Below, one piece after another: positions 8,507-17,007 of a DNA stretch of 23,219 nucleotides. The DNA comes from Thermoproteota archaeon (GTDB taxonomy: Archaea > Korarchaeota > Korarchaeia > Korarchaeales > Korarchaeaceae), in the NCBI GenBank assembly GCA_015522685.1, contig WALU01000044.1, positions 1-23,219 on the forward strand. Direction: 5' to 3'. Numbering within the stretch: position 1 is the stretch's first letter; the number at the start of each line of letters is the position of its first letter. Under the pieces are notes generated by a model. It was not told the origin of the DNA and searched no databases. It saw only the letters and a list, made by a program, of their open reading frames with translations. The translations under genes were made by a program, and so were the position numbers.

Positions 8507-9265
8507 TTATCTCACCACGCTGATGCGGTTGATACAGTTGTTGAAGCCAAGTCTTTCTATGTCCTCCAATATCGCGTAGGGATCTCCAAAGCACTTTATT
8601 TCTCCGTCTATTATTATATATCCCCTGCTAATGGATTTGAGATACTTTAGAATCTGACCTGTATGAGTTACTACTATACCAGCACCTTTCTTATAGGCCC
8701 CGTCATTCGATTTGTTCAACACATCACTTATAGCTCTCCCCAGTATTGGAAGCGTCTGAAGATCTATTCCAGAGTCAGGCTCATCTAAGAGAGAAAATTT
8801 GGGCCTTTGAGCCGCTAACAGCAATATCTCCGTCTTTTTCATCTCTCCACCACTGAATCCATCATAAAGATCTCTCTCCAACAGATGAGCAGCTTCTATT
8901 CTACTAGCTAGCTCCATTACGAAATTGAATTCTGTTCCATATCTCTTGGATATCTCCCTAATCAGATCTCTAAGCTTTATTCCTTTGAGCTTAGGAGGGA
9001 TCTGCATAGCAATTCCCATGCCAAGCTTGGCTCTCTCATCTGTGGGAAGTTTAGTTATATCGACATTCATGAACTCTATCTTTCCCTTAACTACCTTATA
9101 CTTCGGATTTCCCATTAGGGTATGCATTAAGGAGGATTTCCCGGAACCATTGGGACCCAACAGAGCTATTATCTCACCTTCACTCACATCCAAATTAATG
9201 CCTTTTAGAATGTCTCTTCCCTCTACTTCAACCCACAGATCCCTTATCCGTAGCATTATCATCAT
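8507..9265 (-). CDS. sufC: Fe-S assembly ABC ATPase SufC (SmsC-like)
   Basis: GPNGSGKS, GFSGGEMKK, LLDEPDSGID and VTH motifs, adjacent to sufB. The start could be 9265, 9262 or 9256. Confidence 0.93.
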   Translation of the reverse strand: MMIMLRIRDLWVEVEGRDILKGINLDVSEGEIIALLGPNGSGKSSLMHTLMGNPKYKVVKGKIEFMNVDITKLPTDERAKLGMGIAMQIPPKLKGIKLRDLIREISKRYGTEFNFVMELASRIEAAHLLERDLYDGFSGGEMKKTEILLLAAQRPKFSLLDEPDSGIDLQTLPILGRAISDVLNKSNDGAYKKGAGIVVTHTGQILKYLKSISRGYIIIDGEIKCFGDPYAILEDIERLGFNNCINRISVVR

Positions 9266-9823
9266 CTCGATATATCAATTGTAAAGTTAAAAAGTTTTAT
9301 TATATAAAGGTAGGAGAACTGATATCGTTCAGGGCCGAAGAGGGAGTAAGTCAAAGATAGTCTGCCTTCTTTTTTTTGGAGGATAAGGAGAACGAGAGGA
9401 GTCTCGAAGAGGGTCGCGAGCTCTAGCTTGGAAGAACTTGGTATGTCTTTGCTTTCCTCGGGGAAATCAAGAAAAGATATGAGGATACAGGTTTTAATCT
9501 CTCAGACAAAGGATTATATATATCATTGCTATCTCGGATAATTTTGAGGAGCTTAAAGTCTTTCTTACTCTTTCATGGGTTAATCTGCTGAGAACTAATA
9601 GCTCTGTGGGCCCTAAGATAAGCTGCTACTTCGACCTACGCATCAATCTGCTCATAGTATGTGGTAATGACCTTGTGATTGGGAGTGAAGAGGAAAAGTC
9701 GATGAACTAGTTAATTTAATATATAGAACGCTCATTAAGCTACTCAAAACCTTACCTTAACTGATGCCAATATCCCTAGAGATCATTGGCGAGGCATTCT
9801 AAAATTTCAGGTTTTAAAGGAAG

Positions 9824-10981
9824 CTATCTTCCTAATTCCTTCGGTATGGAGTGACTCCACATCTCCTTGGCTAACTTGCCTGTATATTTAAGGTCCTTCA
9901 CCATAGGCTCTGCTAGCTTTCTCCTCCTTTTATGCTCTTTCAGGAACTCTTGCACCTTCTCTATCAGATAATTCTTACATTCCCCGCAGAGTATCTTCCC
10001 GGCCTTACAATCATCGTATCTTTGCAGTAGCTTCTTATCATCTGGCTCAAAGAACATCTCCAGCCACTTGAATACGACGCACTTCTCTGGATTACCTCCC
10101 TTCTCTCTCTGCTCCTGCACGGTTGCCTGGCCTCCAGTCAAGGCGAACTTCCAGATCTTCTTCCTAACGATATCTGGGTCATCCGTCAAATAGATCGCTG
10201 TCTCTGGCATACTGGCGCTCATCTTACCGGAGAGACCAGTTAGGGGAGGAAAGAACTTCCCATGAATAGCAGCAGTCTTGTAGTAGCCGAGGCCCTCAGC
10301 CACATCTCTCTGTATTCTCCAGTATGGATCCTGATCTATCGCCGCCGGTATGAGGCACCTCTTTTTCTCAAAGAATGTTGGAGCCGCCTGTATGGCAGGG
10401 AAGAATATCATTCCTATCTTACTGCTCTCATTAAAGCCAAAAACTGCCTTTGCCGTTGAGAAAGTTATCTTCTTTGATATTGGAACAGCCATCTCATAGA
10501 TCTTCGTATATTCACTGTCCTGGAAGATGAAGGTCTTATCTGGGTTGAAACCAACTGCCGCAATGTCCAAAATGTTGTCGTAGGCCCATCTTTTCGCATC
10601 TTGAAAGCTCATCCCGAGCTTAAATATGAACTTCTCATCATCCGTTATCTGTATGTATAGATTAACATCGAACTTCTCTTGGAACCACTTATTCATGTAG
10701 AAGGGTATTATATGGCCTATATGCATGGGGCCGGAAGGTCCCCTTCCAGTGTAGAGAAAGAAGCCTCTTTCTTCCTCATAATCTTTTAATATGAGATCAT
10801 AGTCTCTGTGAGAGAAGAAGAACCTTCTCCTGAGAAAGAGCGGTAGATCGCTCTTAGTTAGCTCTTTCGTCTTTTCTATCAGATCTTCGGTTAAAGGCTT
10901 CGTACCGAACTCCTTGATGAGGCGATCATAGTTTACTAGGCCTTCCACTTCCCAAGGGGTCACTCTAAAGCTAGTTGACAT
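9824..10981 (-). CDS. trpS: Tryptophan--tRNA ligase (archaeal type)
   Basis: YTGRGPSGPMHIGH (HIGH), AIDQDPY and KMSAS motifs. I placed the start at ATG 10981 (MSTSFRVTPW) because of the upstream GGAGG; the ORF track extends to GTG 11026. Confidence 0.97.
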   Translation of the reverse strand: MSTSFRVTPWEVEGLVNYDRLIKEFGTKPLTEDLIEKTKELTKSDLPLFLRRRFFFSHRDYDLILKDYEEERGFFLYTGRGPSGPMHIGHIIPFYMNKWFQEKFDVNLYIQITDDEKFIFKLGMSFQDAKRWAYDNILDIAAVGFNPDKTFIFQDSEYTKIYEMAVPISKKITFSTAKAVFGFNESSKIGMIFFPAIQAAPTFFEKKRCLIPAAIDQDPYWRIQRDVAEGLGYYKTAAIHGKFFPPLTGLSGKMSASMPETAIYLTDDPDIVRKKIWKFALTGGQATVQEQREKGGNPEKCVVFKWLEMFFEPDDKKLLQRYDDCKAGKILCGECKNYLIEKVQEFLKEHKRRRKLAEPMVKDLKYTGKLAKEMWSHSIPKELGR

Positions 10982-11263
10982 AGGGTTATCCTCCTTCATC
11001 GGGTAATCAGAGCCAAAGGAAGTCACCTGGCATAGTAGTAGGATAGTTCCTCCATAATTTAAAGGTTAGGCATTGACGCAATCTCCCATGTTTTTGCAGG
11101 AGAGTTTAAAGGTAGATATTCTCAGACTCAGAAAATGAGAACATAACTAGCCAGCTGCTATCAGCCAGCCAGCTTTACAGCCAATAAATGTATAACTACC
11201 ATAAATCAGTAAATGGAAATAAATTTGTGGATAATTTAGTGAAATAGGAAGACTTCATGTGTC

Positions 11264-12748
11264 TTAGAGGATCCTTTGACCCCACCTATAAAGGAAGGCA
11301 TCTATCAGCCAGACTATTGCTAAGGAAATTATTGAAATTAGGATCTTCTCCATAGCTCCAGGGATTAAGAAGGTCGTTATACCAACTAAGAAGTAGAAAC
11401 TTATCTCCCCAATCATTAGAATGCTTATTATATTCCTTCCGAATGTCTCAGATGACCAGTGAGATGGCTCCTCAGGCAGCATATTAGCATATATCAGAGA
11501 GTTCATGAGAGAAGATCCTGCGAAAGATCCTATATATATAAGGAAGGGCAGTATTCCCGCATTAGGAAAGAGCAGTATGGTAGCGCCTACTGCCAATATT
11601 AGTGGTACATTTACTATGGAGAATGCAAGGAACTTCAGGATAGCAATATCAGATCTCCTCAATGGGAGGGAGTAAAGGGATTTAGCACCAGCTGCTTCCA
11701 TTATATAGAAATAGAGTAGGGAAAAACTCTCAAATCCTCCAACAGCCAATGCTAGGATCGGTATGTACTCCCTAAATCCTGCAGGGAGGTCAGAAACTGA
11801 TAGACTGGGGAAAAGGATGGATAATGGGAAGAAGATAGAGTACATTATAACAGATGCCAAAATTCTAGGGGTTCTAACAGTTATCTTAAGTTCCCTCAAA
11901 ATCGCTGCTGCTAAGCCATACCTTATACTCCATTTTGCCGAAACCTTTAGGAGAGGAACTTCTCCCCTCGTAGCTGCATTCCAAAATTTATCAGTTCCAT
12001 ACCTCAACAGAAGATAGAACAGTAGGAGGTAAGCCAGTGATATTGTTAGAGCAACAGAATCCTGAAACATGAAGACAAAGCTTACGGGAGGAATCCAGCT
12101 GATCATGTTAAGCCCCGAACTGAGAGATTTCTCAACCGCCGAGGATGCAGGGCCGATTAGGAAGCCTATCCCAAGAGCAAGTACCCAAACTAAAGTGGAG
12201 ATGGTCCTTCCTTTAAGGCTTCTTGTGTACCTAGATGCCAGCGATCCAACGAGATAGCCTAAGCCTAGAGATAAGAAGAGGCCCATTAGAGCTATAAACA
12301 GGCTAGATAGGAAAAATGTTAGATCCTTCAATATAAGAGACATGACGAGGCCGGCCGGAATTACGACGAAGGGTAGAGCTGCCTCACCCCAGTATATACC
12401 GACCCAGGATAACGCTTTCCTAACATCATCCTCGCTTATCGGAAGACGAAACAAAGGATCGAGGAGCTTATCTGAAATAAGCACTTGAGTGTTCAGGGCC
12501 ATGATTAAGATCCCAATCATTATATCCATAAGAGAAAGCATTGTCAGCATGACTATTGAGAGATCTCTACCAGCAAAAGCTCCAAATCCCATGCTTACCG
12601 ATAAGAATGTAAATATGGTTATGAGAAGAGCATTGTATCTGACCATGCTTCCCTTTGATAGCCTGAAGAAGCTTCTCTTCCCCCTCTCCTTGGCCGAGCG
12701 GTAGGATGCTTCCCTGGCTATTATTTCGGCTAGCTTCTTCCAGGCCAT
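11264..12748 (-). CDS. ABC exporter permease (about 12-14 TM)
   Basis: Highly hydrophobic with an internal two-fold pattern (LFRLPIS / LYSLPLR, and RELKITVR). It lies 8 nt downstream of an ABC ATPase. Confidence 0.82.
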   Translation of the reverse strand: MAWKKLAEIIAREASYRSAKERGKRSFFRLSKGSMVRYNALLITIFTFLSVSMGFGAFAGRDLSIVMLTMLSLMDIMIGILIMALNTQVLISDKLLDPLFRLPISEDDVRKALSWVGIYWGEAALPFVVIPAGLVMSLILKDLTFFLSSLFIALMGLFLSLGLGYLVGSLASRYTRSLKGRTISTLVWVLALGIGFLIGPASSAVEKSLSSGLNMISWIPPVSFVFMFQDSVALTISLAYLLLFYLLLRYGTDKFWNAATRGEVPLLKVSAKWSIRYGLAAAILRELKITVRTPRILASVIMYSIFFPLSILFPSLSVSDLPAGFREYIPILALAVGGFESFSLLYFYIMEAAGAKSLYSLPLRRSDIAILKFLAFSIVNVPLILAVGATILLFPNAGILPFLIYIGSFAGSSLMNSLIYANMLPEEPSHWSSETFGRNIISILMIGEISFYFLVGITTFLIPGAMEKILISIISLAIVWLIDAFLYRWGQRIL

Positions 12749-12756
12749 TTAACCAC

Positions 12757-13512
12757 CTAAAGGGCTTTAAGTAGATTTTCTAGCTCTGAAGTTAAGCCGG
12801 TGACCTCCAAGAAGTAAGTTTCTAAGCCTTTTTTACCCTTAAGTTCTTCTATTGGACCTCTGGCCACAAGCTTCCCCTTATGCATTATAGTTATCTCATC
12901 AGCAACAGCTTCAGCTAACTCAAGTATGTGAGTGGAGAATATCACAGTTCTTCCTTCATCCACATATTTCCTCATTATCTCCTTGAGTACTCTGGCTATC
13001 TCTGGATCTAATCCTGAGAAAGGCTCGTCCAAGATAAGGATCCGAGGATCATGAATTAAAGCCGACATTATAAGAATCTTCCTCCTGTTACCGTGACTCA
13101 ATTCTCCTCCGAGCTTCCCCATATGATCCTCCATCTTGAACAGCTTGATCAACCTGCTAATCCTCCCCTTCAAGACATCTTCTGGGATGTGATAAACGTA
13201 TCCAAGGAAGCTTATGTATTCCGCTGGAGTCAGGCTCTCATATATCACTATCTCCTCTGGAGAATAACCTACAATCATTCTAGCCTTCACTGGGTCGCTG
13301 ATGGGATCTATTCCATCGACTAATACCCTCCCAGAGTCGGGCTTCACTAGCCCTATGGCCATCTTTATCATAGTAGACTTTCCAGAACCATTCGGGCCTA
13401 GAAGAGCATGTATCTTGCCTGGAGGGAAATCAACGGTCACATCATTCAGGGCTATGACATTTCCGTAATGCTTTGATATTCTCTTATATTTGAGCATGCT
13501 TTCCTTCACCAT
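12757..13512 (-). CDS. ABC transporter ATP-binding protein (exporter type)
   Basis: Walker A GPNGSGKST, signature LSHGNRRK, Walker B ILILDEPFSGLD and H-loop STH. Confidence 0.95.
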   Translation of the reverse strand: MVKESMLKYKRISKHYGNVIALNDVTVDFPPGKIHALLGPNGSGKSTMIKMAIGLVKPDSGRVLVDGIDPISDPVKARMIVGYSPEEIVIYESLTPAEYISFLGYVYHIPEDVLKGRISRLIKLFKMEDHMGKLGGELSHGNRRKILIMSALIHDPRILILDEPFSGLDPEIARVLKEIMRKYVDEGRTVIFSTHILELAEAVADEITIMHKGKLVARGPIEELKGKKGLETYFLEVTGLTSELENLLKAL

Positions 13513-13588
13513 TAGATATTAAATATTGTCCCTCAAGATAAATTAAAATTAATTTTTGACTAATCGACTTGCAGATCATTTTCCTAAG

Positions 13589-14833
13589 TTAATCATCTTG
13601 GGATTCTAAATGGTCAGTTTGCACATTGCCGCCTTCACCACTTTTATCCCCTATATGACTTTCCTCTCTATATCCTACAAACTTGCTTAATAGAAGAAAG
13701 AGGATGACAGCAGCGACTCCTCCAAGTGCCAAGGCAATTAGCTGGTATGGAGGGGACTCCTCCTTCTCAGATTTAGGAGCTACTGTCACTACCTTTGTTA
13801 TGTAAGATGTCGTCATTCTAGAAGTCTCGACTTTAGACTCTGTTCTTGGGGTAGTGGTCTCGATCGGCCTGCTCACATGTACCCTATAGGTGAAGTTCGA
13901 GGAAAGGCCATCGCTTTGCTCAGCTATCAATCTAATGGTATAATCCCCCCCTTTCCTGTAAACATGCCTCTGAGGAAACGGTCCTTCCTCCTTAGATCCA
14001 TCTCCCCATTCCCATATGAGCTTAACAGTAGCATTAGAGGTCTCTGGTTTGACTTCCCCACTTATCTCAACGGTTAATCCGCTGATGTTTACGCTGTTTA
14101 TCCTTAGAGAAGGAGGATACTCCTCGGTAGGTACTAATATCATTATCTTACATGAATCTAAAGTTCTATTATCATAAATCAGCTTTAATGTGAGAAAACC
14201 CTCTCGGAGGGCTTCTATATACACGTACTGAGCCTTATCTGCTTCAGCTACTCCTTCATATATGGATTTTCCCCCTCTTGAAGTTATAGCCCTCAGTTCT
14301 ACATCTGCTGTTGTATTAACCATAAAAGCTACTTTAATGGGTGAGAGCGGTGGAAAGGTACCACCAGGTGCATCTTTACCTCTTCCACCTTTTTCAGTCC
14401 ATATATCTCCCTCGATCATCTTTTCTCCTACAAATAACTTACATGAATCAAGTACTGCATGGCTCCTAGCCCCAAGAAGCTGGATAGTCCTTATACCTGG
14501 ATCTATAAACAAAATTGGTGGAGTCTTATATTCTATCCCTGGACTTAGGAAGGAAGCATTCATGATCTTTATTCTAGTACCATCTGGTCTTATTATATAT
14601 AGCTCCACATACATCGCTTGATATAGCCTAAAATGGATGATTGCCTTCTCTCCAACCTTATAGTAACCACAGGAGTTATTTAGACCTTCTCCCCCTTTAC
14701 TAGTCCATACATCGGCTAACTGAGCATGAGATGTCATTGTATTGCTGGAGTTAGAGTCATTTACAGCGCTTACCATGGCAAGAGATATGCTTATAGTAAG
14801 TATCAGTAATGAAAGAAGTGTTATTATTTTCAT
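13589..14833 (-). CDS. Secreted, C-terminally anchored PKD-domain surface protein
   Basis: Signal peptide from ATG 14833 (MKIITLLSLL...), two repeated ~95-aa domains, a PKD motif (WEWGDGS...HVYRKGGDYTIRL), an S/T-rich linker and a C-terminal TM helix. Confidence 0.85.
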   Translation of the reverse strand: MKIITLLSLLILTISISLAMVSAVNDSNSSNTMTSHAQLADVWTSKGGEGLNNSCGYYKVGEKAIIHFRLYQAMYVELYIIRPDGTRIKIMNASFLSPGIEYKTPPILFIDPGIRTIQLLGARSHAVLDSCKLFVGEKMIEGDIWTEKGGRGKDAPGGTFPPLSPIKVAFMVNTTADVELRAITSRGGKSIYEGVAEADKAQYVYIEALREGFLTLKLIYDNRTLDSCKIMILVPTEEYPPSLRINSVNISGLTVEISGEVKPETSNATVKLIWEWGDGSKEEGPFPQRHVYRKGGDYTIRLIAEQSDGLSSNFTYRVHVSRPIETTTPRTESKVETSRMTTSYITKVVTVAPKSEKEESPPYQLIALALGGVAAVILFLLLSKFVGYREESHIGDKSGEGGNVQTDHLESQDD

Positions 14834-14873
14834 TAGTCTAAGATCCCTAAAAGGAATCAAAAAGATGATACGA

Positions 14874-15278
14874 CTATCGGTTAAATGCATTAAGACTAAA
14901 GCGGTATCTCTTGCACCATTCGGGAGCCTCCCCCATCTGAGCCAGTATATTGCAGTGGGATTTCAGAAAGGAGGCCGCAAATCTATTTGCGTGCTTCTCA
15001 GTTCCTCTATGCTTACCAGCAAATATTCTTAAGTGATGATAAAGCTCATGCAGCATTATGAAGGGATCTCTTAGCAAAGCCCCATCCGATACAAAAATGG
15101 TTTCTTTCTTGGCATCATAAACAGCTAAAGCTTTATCATGGCCCTTTACCCTCCCAATCCTAACCTTGGGTGGCACTTTACTATAGGCATCACAAACAAA
15201 TTTCAGAGCTTCATCTAGCTTCCCATTCAATATTAGTGCAACTATTTTGGCTTTTTGAAGGTCATCCAACGTTTTCAT
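14874..15278 (-). CDS. Small HExxH zinc-metallopeptidase-like protein (ImmA/IrrE-like)
   Basis: MLHELYHH followed by EKHANRFAASFL, matching the HExxH...ExxANxFA pattern of ImmA/IrrE (M78-like) domains. It overlaps the upstream gene by 17 nt. Confidence 0.7.
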   Translation of the reverse strand: MKTLDDLQKAKIVALILNGKLDEALKFVCDAYSKVPPKVRIGRVKGHDKALAVYDAKKETIFVSDGALLRDPFIMLHELYHHLRIFAGKHRGTEKHANRFAASFLKSHCNILAQMGEAPEWCKRYRFSLNAFNR

Positions 15279-16164
15279 AGTTCCATTTCCTCACCATTTC
15301 ATCTACAGGAGGTTCCTTCCTTCTCATACCAACTCTAGCTCTAACGATAGGGTACCCTCCTACAATCCTCAGAGAATCCTTAACTGCTTGATCTGCTTCT
15401 CCAACATCATATCTATCCCATTCAGTGTTATGGATGAAGCTTCCTGGTTGAGACCAGGAGATATCGAACTCATCCAACTGATCTGGCTTCATGCAAATAG
15501 CAACCCTGTCTATCTTCCTGTGTAGGCTGAGAGGAACTGTGAAGAGAGATCGTGGCTTGAGCTGATTCTCAACCCTCAGGCTGAGTGCTTCATATTTTGC
15601 CCTTATCTCTGCAACTTTAGCCCCAACTCTGAGTCTTATGCACTCCGAGAGAGCCCATGCATAGTCTAAATTTCTGATCTTCCTAGATAAGGATAACTCA
15701 TGAACTCTAACATGAGCACCCCTGCCTGACCAGAGGATGTATACAGATTTCTCTACGCCCATCCTCTCCAACTCCTCTACAATGACCTTGGCTGTCTCTA
15801 TAGTTGCCTTCCAGTGACTCTGATCATTATCTATATCCAAAAAGGGGGTCACTGCAACAACATTCTCCTCTATGTAAGGGTCTTCCTTTACCCTGAGTCT
15901 CCTGTAAACAGAAGTTGTCGCATAAATGGCCCTCATACCTGTCTTTATTAGGAGATTTGGTAATCTTATTGATTCAATTATGAGAGGCCTCCTCCCTAGG
16001 TGCCTAATCCAACCTCCCTTACCAGTTATCGCCAGCCATCTTCCCCTAGAGAACTTTGTGATCTCGCTCTTTACATCTTGCCTACTGTAATGTTCTCTCA
16101 CTAACTCATCTAGGGACTTATCCTCGCCTAAGAACCTCTCAAGATTTGGAGTTCTTCTCCTCAA
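15262..16164 (-). CDS. Stand-alone archaeo-eukaryotic primase (AEP) superfamily protein
   Basis: Motif I FLDID, motif II WSGRGAHVRVH and downstream FTVPLSLH. Motif III reads RVEN. The TTG start is uncertain. Confidence 0.8.
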   Translation of the reverse strand: MRRRTPNLERFLGEDKSLDELVREHYSRQDVKSEITKFSRGRWLAITGKGGWIRHLGRRPLIIESIRLPNLLIKTGMRAIYATTSVYRRLRVKEDPYIEENVVAVTPFLDIDNDQSHWKATIETAKVIVEELERMGVEKSVYILWSGRGAHVRVHELSLSRKIRNLDYAWALSECIRLRVGAKVAEIRAKYEALSLRVENQLKPRSLFTVPLSLHRKIDRVAICMKPDQLDEFDISWSQPGSFIHNTEWDRYDVGEADQAVKDSLRIVGGYPIVRARVGMRRKEPPVDEMVRKWNYENVG

Positions 16165-16384
16165 ATTCCTCTTATGAACTAAAATTACACGGATCTTAAA
16201 TATACCTAATCTTTAGTCTCAATGGTTTCACCTTCCCTACAGCTGAGTGATAAAAACTCAGGCTGAAGAGGCAGAGCTATTAAGATTAGATAATAGTACG
16301 CAGTTTAGATCTTTTTAAGAAAAGTCCAGAATTTTCACAAGGATGAATCCTAATTTCATCCCTTAAATACAACATTCCACTTGT

Positions 16385-16945
16385 ATGCCAGCCCACCTTT
16401 ATGGTAGCAGATATAATCCAAAGCCTGGGGCCACTGAGATAATATCTCAGGTGGGAGGGAAGGACTACTTGGCTAGGCTCACCTTCGTCTATCACAGCAT
16501 CTTCATCCTCTTAATATATGCGATGATGGTTCCCTTAGTTGCGAGGAAAGGGTTAGATGAAAGTATACTAGATCTCCTTGGAACAGGAGCTGTCCTGACG
16601 GTTATAAGAGGCTTATCTTGCTCCTACCTAAGTCATTTCCACTTGTGGCACGGCATATTCATAACGGGGCTAGCGATGCTATTCTTCACTGGCCTTATGA
16701 TCCTGATGAAGTTCAGGTCAAAGGACATGCTAGAGGTCAATATATGGATATCCGGTCTATTTATGATACTAGGAGCTATTATAGGAGGCTTTCTAGGATC
16801 TAGCTTCATGGATGAGAGAAATTATTTCGTTAATGCGCTCATAGCCTCTAAGTTCAATCCAGATCTAGCAGAGAGTAACTCCCTGTGGAGATCGCTTACA
16901 GCTCATGAACATGCGATGCTCATTTGCCTTAACTCTTTCATTTAA
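16385..16945 (+). pseudogene. N-terminal portion of a His-rich polytopic membrane protein, truncated
   Basis: TM helices with His motifs (FVYHS, LWHGIF, TAHEHAM). The ORF ends abruptly a few residues into a helix. It is the probable partner of the remnant at 6553-7141. Confidence 0.65.
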
Positions 16946-17007
16946 AGACGACATAAATCTGAAAAATTTATCTTCCAAAACAATGAATCACCAGTAGTAG
17001 ATCTACA

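Noticed and set aside
11148-11184. Short AGCCAGC repeats between trpS and the permease
   Set aside because: Low-complexity and irregularly spaced, with no supportable function.
14874-16164. Integrated plasmid or provirus around the AEP gene
   Set aside because: There is no integrase, att-like repeat, tRNA target, helicase or capsid gene in the window.
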